From NCBI RefSeq assembly GCF_009914755.1, contig NC_060927.1: DNA of 64,000 nucleotides, one strand, 5' to 3'. Of this stretch, positions 31,733-44,109 are shown in pieces; position 1 is the stretch's first letter, and each line of letters starts with the position of its first letter. A model generated the notes under the pieces. The model made no database searches. It worked only from the letters and a program-made list of their open reading frames with translations, and was not told the DNA's origin. The position numbers were made by a program, and so were the translations under genes. The stretch comes from the human T2T-CHM13v2.0 reference genome, Homo sapiens.

Positions 31733-32755
31733 TTACAATTTGGCATGTTTTTGCAGTGGCTGGTACCAGTTGTTTCTTTCCATGTTTAGTGCTTCCTTCA
31801 AGGAGCTCTTGTAAGGCAGGCCTGGTGATGGCAAAATCTCTCAGCATTTGCTTGTCTATAAAGGATTCTATTTCTCCTTCACTTATGAAGCTTTGTTTGG
31901 CTGGATATTAAATTCTGGGTTGAAAATTCTTTTAAGAATGTTGAATATTGGCCCCCACTCTCTTCTGGCTTGTAGGGTTTCTGCTGAGAGATCCACTGTT
32001 AGTCTGATGGGCTTCCTTTTGTGGGTAACTCGATCTTCCTCTCTGGCTGCCCTTAACACTTTTTCCTTCATTTCATCCTTGATGAATCTGAAGATTATGT
32101 GTCTTGGGGTTGCTCTTCTCGAGGAATATCTTTGTGGCATTCTCTGTATTTCCTGAATTTGAATATTGGCCTGCCTTGCTAGGTTTGGGAAGTTCTGCTG
32201 GATACTATCCTGCAGAGTGTGTTCCATCTTGGTTCCATTCTCCTCATCACTTTCAGATAAACCAATCAAATGTAGATTTGGTCTTTTCATATAGTCCCAT
32301 ATTTCTTGGAGGCTTTGTTCGTTTCTTTTTACTCTTTTTTCTCTAACCTTGTTTTCTCACTTTATTTCATTAATTTGATCTTCAATCATGGATACCCTTT
32401 CTTCCACTTGATCAAATCGGCTATTAAAGCTTGTGCATGCATCACAAAGTTCTTGTGCCATGGTTTTCAGCTCCATCAGGTCATTTAAGGTCTTCTCTAC
32501 ACTGTTTATTCTAGTTAGCCATTCATCTAATCTTTTTTCAAGGTTTTTAGCTGCCTTGCGATGGGTTTGAACATCCTCCTTTGGCTCAGAGAAGTTTATT
32601 ACTAACAACCTTCTGAAGCCTACTTCTGTCAACTTGTCAAAGTCATTCTCCATCCAGCTTTGTTCCGTTGCTGGCGAGGAGCTGCAATCCTTTGGAGGAG
32701 AAGAGGCACTCTGGTTTTTAGAATTTTCAGCTTTTCTGCTCTGATTTCTCCCCAT
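31733..32755 (-). pseudogene. L1 ORF1p remnant (frameshifted)
   Basis: MGRNQSRKAENSKNQSASSPPKD start at 32755, coiled coil, RPNL..RRATPRHII RRM motifs spread over several frames; TAA at 31733-31735. Confidence 0.9.
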
Positions 32756-33887
32756 CTTTGTGGTTTTATCTACCTTTGGTCTTTGATGTTGGTGACCCAC
32801 AGATGGGTTTTTGCTGTAGATGACATTTTTGTTGATGTTGATGCTATTCCTTTCTGTTAGTTTTCCTTCTAACAGTCAGGTCCCTCAGCTGCAGGTCTGT
32901 TGGAGTTTGTTGGAGGTCCACTCCAGACCTGTTTGCCTAGGTGTCACCAGCAGAGGCTTCAGAACAGCAAATATTGCTGCCTGATCCTTCCTCTGGAAGC
33001 TTCGTCCCAGAGGGGGAACTGCCTATATGAGTTGTCTGTCAGCCCCTACTGGGAAGTGTCTCCCAGTTAGGCTACACGGGGGTCAGGGACCCACTTGAGA
33101 AGACAGTCTGTCCATTCTCAGAGCTCAAATGCTGTGCTGGGAGAACCACTGCTCTCTTCAGAGCTGTCAGACAGGAATGTTTAAGTCTGCAGACATTGAC
33201 TGCTACCTTTTGTTCGGCTATGCCCTGTCCACAGAGGTGGAGTCTAGAAGCAATAGGCCTTATTGAGCTGCAGTGGGCTCCACCCAGTTCGAGCTTCCCA
33301 GCCACTATGTTTACCTACTAAAGCCCCAGCAATGGCAGACGCCCCTCCCCAACCAGGCTGCTGCCTTGCAGTTTGATCTCAGACTTGCTCAGTGAACAAG
33401 GCTCTGTGGGCATGGGACCTGCCAAGACAGGCATAGGAGAACATCTCCTTGTCTGCCAGTTGCTAAAACCTTGGGAAAAGTGCAGTATTTGGGCAGGAGT
33501 GTCCCGTTTTTCCAGGTAGTCTGTCACGGCTTCCCTTGGCTAGGAAAAGGATATCCCCCAACCCCTTGTGCTTCCAGGGTGAGGTGATGCCCCGCCCTGC
33601 TTTGGCTCGCCCTCCATGGGCTGCACCCACTGTCCAACCAGTCCCAATGAGATGAACCAGGTACCTCAGTTGGAAATGCAGAAATCACCCGTCTTCTTCG
33701 TCAATCACGCTGCGATCTGCAGACCGGAGCTGTTCCTATTCAGCCATCTTGCGACTGTCTTTTAACTAGCAAGTTTAGACCATGTATATTTGTTATAATT
33801 TTTATTAGAGTACTATCATAATATTTTGTGCTAGTTTCCCTGAAATTTTCTATGCTTTTTTCCCCCACTTCTTTTCTCACCATTTAG

Positions 33888-34251
<364 letters not shown>

Positions 34252-34589
34252 ACTGTTTTTTTAATTACCTTTAAAATGTTTACTTTTAAAGTCAAAGTTG
34301 ATCAGTAATTCTACACTCCTAAAAGCTTTGATCATCCTCCTTCCTTTTCACTTTGATTTCCGATATTTTTCCACTATTTTTCCCCACCACAGATTAGTTA
34401 ATATCATTTTGTTATTGATTTTTGCAATTAGTATTTGCTTATATTTTACATCATGTATTCTAATTACTCTGTTCATTAGTCTTTCTCATATTTCAATGTG
34501 TTCTAGGCTCAATTTAATTTTCAGAAAGAATAGCCTTTGGAAGTTCATTCAGTAATTAACTATGATAAACTCACTGATGTTTTTTGCCA

Positions 34590-34781
34590 TAAAATATATA
34601 TTTTCAAAAAGCTAGAAAAGAGGATTTTGAATGTTTATAACATAAAGAAATGATAAATGTTTGAGGTGATGGATATGCTAATTATCCTGATTTGATTACA
34701 CATCATATGCACATTTCAAAATATCACTTCATATCCCATAAACATGTACAATTCTTACATGTCAACTAAAAATTTTAAAAA
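34590..34781 (+). mobile_element. L1MA8-10-like 3' end
   Basis: gctagaaaagaggattttgaatg...gaaatgataaatgtttgaggtgatggatatgctaatta. Confidence 0.8.
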
Positions 34782-35254
34782 GACTATTATGCCATTTTTA
34801 TTGAATAATGGGTTAACAGATATTTTCTCTTAGCACTCTGAACACAGTCTTCTGACTCATGTTTACTGTAGAGAATTCTGCTATCAATCTAATTGTTATT
34901 CCTTTGAAATAATCCATCTTTTCTCTGTGGCTGCTCTTTTGATCTTTTGTCTTCTGTGTTATGCAGTTACCCTTTAATGTATCTACCTATGGATTTATTG
35001 TTATTTATGTGCTTGGGATTTGTTGTGCTTAATTTTGAGCCTCTAGTCATTTATTAATTCTGCAAAATTGTATCTTTTTGAATAACTCTCCCACATTCTC
35101 TTTATTTTCTCCATCTTATATTTCCATTAGCGACTTTGTTACCACCATTTGATTGTAGACAAAAGTTTTAGTCTACCCTTTCATTGAAGTGTGACTCTCC
35201 TATGATCCTGGCTTTGTGAAGAGGTCCCAGTTTCAACTCCCCGACTTATGCCCA

Positions 35255-35340
35255 CCTCCTGCATGCATCTGTTGAAACACACACTTAGGTTTACTAACCT
35301 TCTGCATGCATCTGTTGAAACACACACTTAGGTTTACTAA
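35255..35340. repeat. 43-bp tandem duplication (1 mismatch)
   Basis: cct(c/t)ctgcatgcatctgttgaaacacacacttaggtttactaa x2. Confidence 0.95.
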
Positions 35341-35656
35341 GATAGGCAACTAACCTGAGAACAGCTGCCTCTATCCACTTACTATTTATATTTTGGTTCT
35401 GCCTCTGTATTTCCCTTATATTCCGGTGATCTCAAATAAACATTGGAGAAGGTGTTTCTTGCATTTTATCAACTTATCTAAGTGCTTTGTAGCTTAAAGG
35501 TACACATATAAAATCTAGACTTCTGTATTGCCAAAAGCAGTCTATATTTTTTGTTATAATAGTTAAATGATTCAGGCTTTTCCATTGTCCTGGTTAGATC
35601 ATTAAAGAACATAATTTTCATTATCCTAAGGTACGTTTCAAGTATTAAAAAAAGTC

Positions 35657-35721
35657 AGGAACTTGCTCTTCCCTGCTTTTAGCTAAATGTTAGGAACTTG
35701 CTCTGCCCTACTTTAGCTAAA
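35657..35721. repeat. Imperfect ~35-bp tandem duplication
   Basis: aggaacttgctct(t/g)ccct(g/a)cttt(t)agctaaa x2. Confidence 0.85.
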
Positions 35722-36489
35722 GATTCATTTGTCAAATCCTCCCCTGAACCAAAGGAGAAAATAACAAAGCAAAACAAGACAACAAATCACCAAGCAAAGG
35801 AGGAAGTGTGGGTCTCATGGAATTTACACTCTGTGCTTTATCTTGCACAGTTGCTGAAGTTCATCTGAGGTTTTAAATGGCATTAATTTTGTCAGGTAAC
35901 ATTTTCTGAGCACCCAAATGTGTTCACTTTGCTGATGAGTGATCCATCTCAAAGTGTGAATATCACAAAATTCCAGAGAAAAGATGCTGGTTATTGTAAG
36001 AAAATTAGAGAAAGTACACCTGCCTTAGCCTTCACATCATTGACAACTCCTTTTTATGTGTATGAATGAACAGCAGGGTGGGAGTGATGCAACTGTACCA
36101 CAGATTTCCCGTGGACTACCTGTCCACACCATTATGGAAAATCATCAGGCAATTTGTTCTCATGCATGACTGCAGGTCTATTCAGTGGGTGGTAGCACTT
36201 TTTGAATAGACTCATTCACCATTTTACCTTGAAGGCAGCTAGAAGGGAGACCAAATTTAATCCCTTTGCAGGTGATTATAGCAGTCACAGTTCTTCACTG
36301 TGAAGGAGCAGATAAAATGCAGGATTTGCCATAGAAAATCCTGGAGTTTCCCAGCAATGCTTAACATTTTTCAAAGCAATCAACCAGAAAATACTGATCA
36401 TTTGAGAAAGAGGTGATTGAAACAAAATATTTAAGCAACTTTTCATATGGATAATGCAAGCAAAAACAAAAGTTTTATCCAATATCTAG

Positions 36490-36672
36490 AGCAGTGCTTC
36501 TCAAAGTTTAATGGGCATTTGAATCACTGCCAGCATTCTTGTTAAAATGAAAATTCTACTCATAGATTGAGGGACCCGGTTTTGGGGGGGTGGAAGGGAG
36601 TGCTGCAACCTTAACTAATGAACTCACAGGTGACAATGTTGCTGTTGATGAACCTGATTTTGAGTGACAAGG
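36490..36672. mobile_element. MER5B-like hAT relic
   Basis: cagtgcttctcaaagtttaa...gaatcac...cttgttaaaatgaaaattct...ttttgagtgacaagg. Confidence 0.6.
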
Positions 36673-36714
36673 TCATAAAAGACTCAGGCAAAATGGGTTA
36701 TACTAGAATAATCT

Positions 36715-37530
36715 GCATTTGAGCTATCCAATACAGTAGCCACCAGTCACACATGGCAATTGTACACTCAAAATGTGGCTAATCCAGATTGCGAGGCACT
36801 ATAACTGTGAAGTGCACATTGAATTTTGAAGATTTACTTAAGAAAAATATATAAAATAAGCCATCTTTTAATCTGACTACATGTTGAAATATTATGGGCA
36901 TATTGGGTTAAACAAAATTTATTATTAAATATATGTCACTTTATACTTTAGTGTGTTTAATGTGACTAATAGAAAACTTAAAATTCCATATGTGGCTCAA
37001 ATTTTGTTTCTCTATTAGTTTCCTATTGCTGCTGTAACAAATTACTACAAAATCAGTGCCTTAAAGCAACATAAATTTACAGTCTTACAATTAGTTCTAG
37101 AGATCAGAAATCCTAACATCAAGGTTCAGCAGAAAACTAAGAAAGACTCTTTCCTTACTTTTTCCAACTTTTAGAAACTACCTTTATTCTTTGGCTATGG
37201 CCCCTTTTTCCATCTTCAAAGTCAGCAGCAGCATAGTATCTTGAAGTCTCTGTCTCTGTGTCTGTCTGTCTCTCTCTCTCTCTCCTACTTCTATTATAGT
37301 ATCTCCTTCTCTTATTCTGATTCTCCCTTCCTCTTATAAGAACCCTAGTGATTACCTTGTATCCACCCAAATAATCCAGGATAATCTCCCCATCTCAAGA
37401 TCCTTAATTTAATCACATCTACAAATTCCCTTTGCCATGTGAAATAGCATATTCACAAGTTTCAGGGATTAGGATTTGGACATCTTGGCGGGGATTTTGT
37501 CTACTTCAGTTTCCATTGGACAATACTGAT
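36715..37530. mobile_element. MER33-like hAT element interrupted by an MLT1 LTR
   Basis: tccaatacagtagccaccagtcacacatggc...tatgtggctca, resumes after the LTR as tttccattggacaatactg. Confidence 0.75.
37011..37508 (-). mobile_element. MLT1B/C/D-type MaLR solo LTR
   Basis: tattagtttcctattgctgctgtaacaaattac...ataatccaggataatctccccatctcaagatccttaatttaatcacatct; 5-bp TSD gtttc at 37006-37010 and 37509-37513. Confidence 0.88.
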
Positions 37531-39639
37531 CTACATAATTCATCCATTTTGCATTATGCCATACCTAGCTGTGTACTCTAATCACTATACAAATGGAGTC
37601 AGGAATATGAAATAAAGTATTTTATTATTTGAGTATCGCAATGCAAATACAGGGTTAAAAAAGCTAAATGTATTTTTGAATGGAGTCCAATTTCTGAATA
37701 GATTCAATGTAATATAAACAGGTTTTGTGGTAAGTATTGAAAATAATGCAGAATACTGGATTCACTTTCTAATGTAAGACATTTTTATGGCCCTCAATTC
37801 CTTCTATTAATTGGTAGATGAGGGGTAATGAATTTAAACGATTAATGAATATAAAGGATAAAGTCTGGGCAGAAGAGTCAAAATCTACTTACAGCATAAT
37901 GTGCCTAAAAGACAGTGTAACTTTCAGAGCTGATTCTCCTAGTAAATTGCTTATAAATTTATTGAAAAATATTTTGGGGTACTCCTATATGAAGACATTC
38001 GTGAGAGCTGAAATGTTTCTGGACTCTAGCTGCTCACAACCTAGCAGCGAAATAAGACATGAACACCAATGGCAGATGGCCCAGATAGGAGACAAAAAAT
38101 ATCACCTGGGTGGTGGTGATACTAAGGAGTTGAGAGGAAGGAATAACTGCAGTGTGGCAAGGTCTTAGCTCAAAATGATCTAGGAAGATTGCTTGGAAAA
38201 AGCGGACTTTGACCTGCATTTTTGAGAATGGAAATAAATTCAATCTGGATACCTTAAGAATTGAGTTCAACAATTCTGTAAGTCTTCTATTTTGTTTAAG
38301 AGGCACATTTTGTAATAAATACTGATGTTGGCAGTATTGAGATTTCCTCTTTTTTTATTTCTTAAACATTAACCTTGGAAGTTAGATCAGTAGAGGAAGC
38401 AAAGGACACAGAAACTGAGGGCAAGGGAAAAAAATTTAAAAAATGAAAATTATTGCAGTTTTCTCACCACATACTTCCTATCTTCAACACAAAATAACTT
38501 GTGTTCAGATTTCAGAAATATAGCCATAAACCAGCTTGTCAGTAGAATAGAAACCGGCTTATTTTCAGGATACTGTAGGCACATGCTCTAACTTACTATA
38601 CATTTCAAAACATTTAAGATTCTGTTATGGTGTAAATATACCACCCTTGCAGAAAATTTCCATATTTATAAATTATACATAGACCTACATTATCCTTCTG
38701 TCTATGTATTCATCCATCCATCTATTAAATATCAACTTTATCCTGAGGGCTCTACCAGGATTCTGATTTGAGGAATCTGCAGGGAGCAGCCTGAAAATCC
38801 AAGGCCCTATTTTGTCATGGTTATTAATTAAGCATGTCTAAGTGCCAGGCATTTCCAGAGCCTGCACAGACACAGGGCCTCACACTTTGGTTACTACTGG
38901 AGCTCACATAGGACTGGACAGCAATTTCTTTCAACTGGAGGAAGAAGCAGGTGAGGCCAGTGCATGCGTGAGGCATGATCAAGGCAGACGGAGAGACGTG
39001 GCTGCTTCAGACAATCCAGAACAGTAACTACCATCTCTTTACAAGATTGAAATGTCTCATAAAATATTTATTGGATGAAATACAGAATTTCCCACAAATG
39101 GTAGCAAATATTTTATAGCAAAAATAAAATGAGGCTAGAAAAAAGATGCCTGCTTTCATGAAAATTCAGTTTGGTCAAGACACAGCCTCAGAAGACAGTA
39201 CGTACCCTTTTTCATTTTTCTGAGACCAGCAGAATTTGGCCCCCTTTTCAAAGAACTGAGATACAAGTTGTAAGTGTCCAGTGCTCTCACATGGCTTCAC
39301 CAATGGTTTAGCATTAGTTGGACCTCTCTAAGAGATGGTTATCTTTTCTAGAATCAAAATTAGTGGCAGAAAGAGAATCAAAGCCAGGGTTCCTTCCCAT
39401 GCACTTTCCATGATCCATGCTAACTTCTCAGGAATGTGGAAAAATTTAGCATTCATAAGGTGGCAGGGCATTCTGAAAAATTGTGTCTCTTTTTAGAACT
39501 TCAGTCTACTGCTCTGAAAAACCTGTCTTGGTGTATGCCTCACCCCATCTTTATTACCCCTATTTTACAAGTCACATTGGAAAATAAACAGTGTTGATAG
39601 TACTTTCTTGTAGATAAATAATAAAATTTGGGGAAGACG

Positions 39640-40370
39640 ACTTCTGCTTCTGGGAATATGAAATAGACATGTTATCCCTATTCCTCTCTATAAGTGCAAC
39701 TAAAAATCCTAGGCATTATATATAAAACAGAGAAAATAAGGCAAAATGGCTAGGGACTTCAGGACCCACAGAATGACAGTGTTGAGTTTCCTGGATTTTC
39801 TGTTTGTCTCATACATTTCAGACTTGGAGCTGAAGAAGCTGGCAACCAAAAACCACCAATGGGTGTGGGCACAGAAAAGGCTCAACAAAAGCTTGTTCTC
39901 TCTAGCTAAAAGAACAGCAAACAGTAGCCTATAAGAGAAAACTTTTAGACAATAACCTTTCTACTTCAGCCTAATACTATGCCCACCCGCGCCAGCAAAG
40001 ACCAAGTGGGGAGCCAAACGCAAGGGTGGTGTTAGAGGAAGCCAAATAAGATGCAGTAATTCTCACCCTCGCTAAGAGGTAAATAGCCTCCCCCATGATA
40101 TCAGAGGACACCATGTGAAAAGCCTGACTATCCACCCCTCTACAGAGAAGGGGAGAGCAGTCTAAAATTTATATGGAAAGGGAAAGGAACTCAAATATCT
40201 AAAACCATTTTTAAAAGGAAAGTAAAGTCTACCTGATTTCAAGACTACAAGTAAAGTCTACCTGATTTCAAATCTACAGTAATCAGGATATTGTGATATT
40301 GGCAGAAGGGTAAACATATAGATCAATGAATGTGAATCTCCAATTATCTCAAAATGAAAGTTTTAATGAA
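39640..40370 (+). mobile_element. L1MC/MD-like pieces: 5' region, short ORF2 piece and 3' terminus in colinear order
   Basis: gacttctgcttctggg 5'-like start; aaaatttatatggaaagggaaaggaac...atagatcaatgaa ORF2 motif; tgtgaatctccaattatctcaaaat 3' terminus. Confidence 0.55.
40220..40277. repeat. 29-bp tandem duplication
   Basis: aagtaaagtctacctgatttcaa(ga/at)ctac x2. Confidence 0.9.
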
Positions 40371-40640
40371 AAAATTATTCTATAAACAGTATAATCACAT
40401 AGGTCTCATTTTTTCTTTTTATGAAGCTGTGTCTATATAGAAAATATTGCTGAAGAGTTGAGGGGTCTTTTCCCTATACGAAATCTTCACAATTGGAGAA
40501 ATAATTTTAGTATATAATTAAAACTGAATCATGAGTTATATTTACATAATACTTAGCCTTCTATTTTAAAATACTTTGAGTGTTATTTGTGAAGTCAAAA
40601 TCCAGATACAAAGCCAAAATTCAGTCTATGATCTAGATAG

Positions 40641-40979
40641 GTTTTTTTTATGTTGTTGGTTTTTTGTTTGTTGTTGGGTTTTTTTGTTTTTGTTTTGTCT
40701 TGTTTTTGAGACAGGGTCTCACTGTTCCCCAGGCTGAAGTGCAGTGGTATGATCATAGCTCACTACAGCCTCAGTCTTCCCGGCTCAAGAAATCTCCCAC
40801 CTCCTGAGTAGCTGGGACTACAGGCTTGGGCCACCATGTCTGGCTTATTTTTTTTTTATTTTTAATAGAAATGATGTCTTACTATGTTGCCAGGGCTGGT
40901 CTTGAATTCCTGGACTCAAGTGATCCTCCTGCCTCGGCCTCCCAAAGTGTTAGGATGGGATGAGCCACCACACCCAGCC
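40641..40979 (-). mobile_element. AluJ with GTTT-type tail
   Basis: Diverged dimer, ATCATAGCTCACTACAGCCTC. Confidence 0.9.
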
Positions 40980-41273
40980 ATCTGAAGGCTCGGATGATTG
41001 TTAGCATTTTTTAGCAATAAAGTATTTTTTTTAATAATTTTACTTTTGCCAGGCAGCCTGAGTATGTTTCTAAGCAATAAGTATTTTGAAATTAAAGTAC
41101 GTACATTAGGTTTTTTAAGATATAATGCTATTGCACACTTAATAGACTGCAGTATAAACATAACTTTTATATGCACTGGGAAACTAAAAAATATATATAA
41201 TTAGCTTAATTGTGATATTTCTTTTATTGCAGTGGTCTGGAACCAAACTCAATATCTCTGAGGTATGCCTGTA
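40980..41273 (+). mobile_element. Tigger1 3' end fragment
   Basis: gaaggctcggatgattgttagcatttt...gctattgcacacttaatagac...gcagtggtctggaacc...gaggtatgcctg TIR followed by TA. Confidence 0.9.
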
Positions 41274-41294
41274 AATATAAGACACGCAACTGAA

Positions 41295-41295
<1 letters not shown>

Positions 41296-41341
<46 letters not shown>
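41296..41341. repeat. (TA)n(CA)n microsatellite
   Basis: Read directly. Confidence 0.95.
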
Positions 41342-41342
<1 letters not shown>

Positions 41343-42640
41343 TCAAAAATATCCGTTATTCTTAACTCATGGAAATTAATTCAGGACACCCCACTAAATG
41401 CAAATTAGTGTTAATTAATATAGTTGGTAATTGTTCTTTTCTGATACAAGGGCCTATATTCAATTTTAATCAATAAGCACAAAAATTGGTTAACTCAATT
41501 TTACTCTTAATACAGTATTTTGTTGATCTGTAAATAGTTCATTTATTTAAAAGCTTTTGTATCCTCCAGCAACATTTCTGAAAAAATGATGTAAATTTCA
41601 ACCTCAAGTATAGATAATACTAATATCAAACACTTGTACCACATGTTAGGATTTAAAATTAAATTTACACAACCTATCACATTTGACCTTCTAACAACTG
41701 CTTAACTGCAATCATTTCACGGATTTTCTAGGGTATGTAAGTGACTTTTCTAAGGCAACACAACCATGAAACCCAACAAAGACTAACTCACATGTCATAG
41801 CATTAAGTTTAGCAACTTTTCCCTATCACCAATCTGACTTCCTGTCAGTGAATATTTGAGACCCACAAAGCAGTCCAATTTATTAAATATTGCTTTAACT
41901 AGAAAATTATACTCCTATGATTATACTGTTACAAAAGACAATCCTATTTTAAAAGAAACGCTCCACTATTTATTTTGACAAGGAGAATATCCGCTAAACA
42001 TTATAGACATTTATTTGAGATGTGGGTTTAACTGAAATGGATAGTGTATAGTCACTTTGACTTCAGCTGGAAAAGGTGCACTGTCTCCAAACCCAGAGCA
42101 TAAGAAAACACAGAAAACTGAAAAGAAACATGTGTCTGAAAATGACATGGTAATTGCTTCAAAATATGAGCCACTGCTTCATAATTTAAGTCCCTCTAAG
42201 GCCTGATATGCCTTAGTCATCTTTGGAAATCAGTATCTTTGAGTCAATGAATCTTTTGGCTGCTTAACCTTCTCCATGGTAGGAACAGTAAGTATCATAA
42301 GGCAATGATTACGTTAGTTTTGTGCATGTTTTTATTCACTGCCCAGTTGTCCTCTCTTGCTCCTTGGAGCATTTCTGTGTCCTCATCATTTGCATTCTTA
42401 ACATGCCAATCGGCTCTTTATTCTCTCGCTGAGTACTTATTCTCTGAGGTATCCCAGAAATGCACAATTGCTCTTGTCCAGCCTATAGATCAAACTCCAA
42501 TCTAATTTGCAAAACCAAGTAAATACAAAGTAGGTTGCACATAATTCAGACCTCATCTTGCACTGATTAAGCTATCTGATTCTAGCTTTCACATTTCCCT
42601 CTTTTCACTTAATATTCTCCCCACTATCTCTTCACGACAG

Positions 42641-42850
42641 GTACTTGCCAGGTCATTTTGGTTCTTTGAGTGCTGCTTCAGCTTCTCTTTAAAAACAGTC
42701 AAAAAACCCTTTTGTTATTTAGAAGTCTAGGGGATTTGTTGGCTCCTTCTTAATTTATGGGTACCATCCTGATGAGGATACACTGCGGAACTCCGGGTCT
42801 TTAATCTTCCCGTCTTGAGACATGGACAGAGTCACATGCTATTTTAAAAG
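42641..42850 (+). other. Candidate 210-nt exon (non-coding or 5'UTR-like)
   Basis: Branch-like cttaat, polypyrimidine tract and cag acceptor at 42640; AAG|gtaata donor; stops in all three frames; no transcript evidence available. Confidence 0.3.
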
Positions 42851-43179
42851 GTAATATGTCAAGCCAATTATGTGCCCTGTGGAAAGGTTTCTAGTGCTAT
42901 TTAACGTTATCTTTCAAGAAGCTCAAATTTGTGTTTGTAACAAAGTACTCCACAAATTCTTATTCAATGAAAGTAAAACACACATACAGCAGAGCTAAAC
43001 AGCCATCATTGTGGTTAAGAAGTTTAATCAGGAACATTATCAGGAATTTTTCTAGCCGGAGTTACAGGTCAAATACCATGCTTTTTACTAGAGGATTCCT
43101 AAACTGAAGTCCAGGACAGACTTTAGGGGCCCAGCAATACCATCAAAACATACGTATCATTGTGTAACTATGTATTAGA

Positions 43180-43327
43180 TGAGAGGTTCTCAGTGTGTGG
43201 TCCCCTAACCAGCAACATCAATATCACCTGGGAATTTGTTAGAAATGTTAGAAACTCTGGGATGGGACTACCACAGCCTGTGTTTCAGTAAGCCCTGATG
43301 CATGCTGAAGTATGGGAATCACTGCTC
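43180..43327. mobile_element. MER5A
   Basis: ttctcagtgtgtggtcccctaaccagcaacatcaatatcacctgggaatttgttagaaatg. Confidence 0.8.
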
Positions 43328-43359
43328 CAAAGAAACGATGGGTGGCTTTCCTAGGTAGT

Positions 43360-43830
43360 TTGCTCTCATCCCCTACCACTCCCTGTCTCACTCAGCCCTA
43401 ACCACACTGACCTCCTTGTAACACCCCAGGCATTCCCTGACTTGGGACCTTTGCACTAACACCTCCCAGACTTCAAACACTTCCCTCAGATATGTGTGCA
43501 GCCAATTCCCTTACCTTCTTTATATCCTTGCTCAAATGTTACCTTCTCAATGAGTTCTACCCCGGCCACCCTATTTTAAATTACACCCTGCCCCACCGCA
43601 TCTACCAGCACTTCTGACCCTCTCTTTCCTGCTTTTTGTTTTTCTAAAACATGTCACCTCCTGTATACTAGATAATTGACTTCTGTATTATGGTTTTTGC
43701 TTGTCTAACTCCCTGCCTCTCAGAATATTAACTCCACAAGGGCAACAATCTTTGCTTTGTTCTGAGTGCCTGGAATAACATTTAACACAGAGTAGGTACT
43801 CACTAAGTAATTATTAAATCAGTGAATGAA
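43360..43830 (+). mobile_element. L2a 3' fragment
   Basis: gctcaaatgttaccttctcaatgag...agagtaggtactcactaagtaatt..gtgaatgaat. Confidence 0.8.
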
Positions 43831-44109
43831 TACTCAAAGGAATCCATGACCTTAAAAGGGATAAAAACACTATTCCAGAGACAACTTGGTAATTTTCTTT
43901 CACAGGAGATTCGTTTCTTAGAGCCAATTCTCCTACCATTATTTTCCTGTTGTTCCATTTTCATGTTGTTCCATGTGCTACTTGGAAGGATGGAGATAAA
44001 AGGTAGAGAAAATGTTCAAGAATGATGTTGGGCAGAAGTTAGAACTGTTTGTGTAAACTCCCTGTTTAATTGTATTTTTGCCTTTCAGGTTGTGATTTCT
44101 GAGTTTTTC

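Noticed and set aside
33050-33752. CpG island promoter
   Set aside because: This is the L1 5'UTR with most CpGs decayed to TG/CA; no CpG island is evident anywhere in the window.
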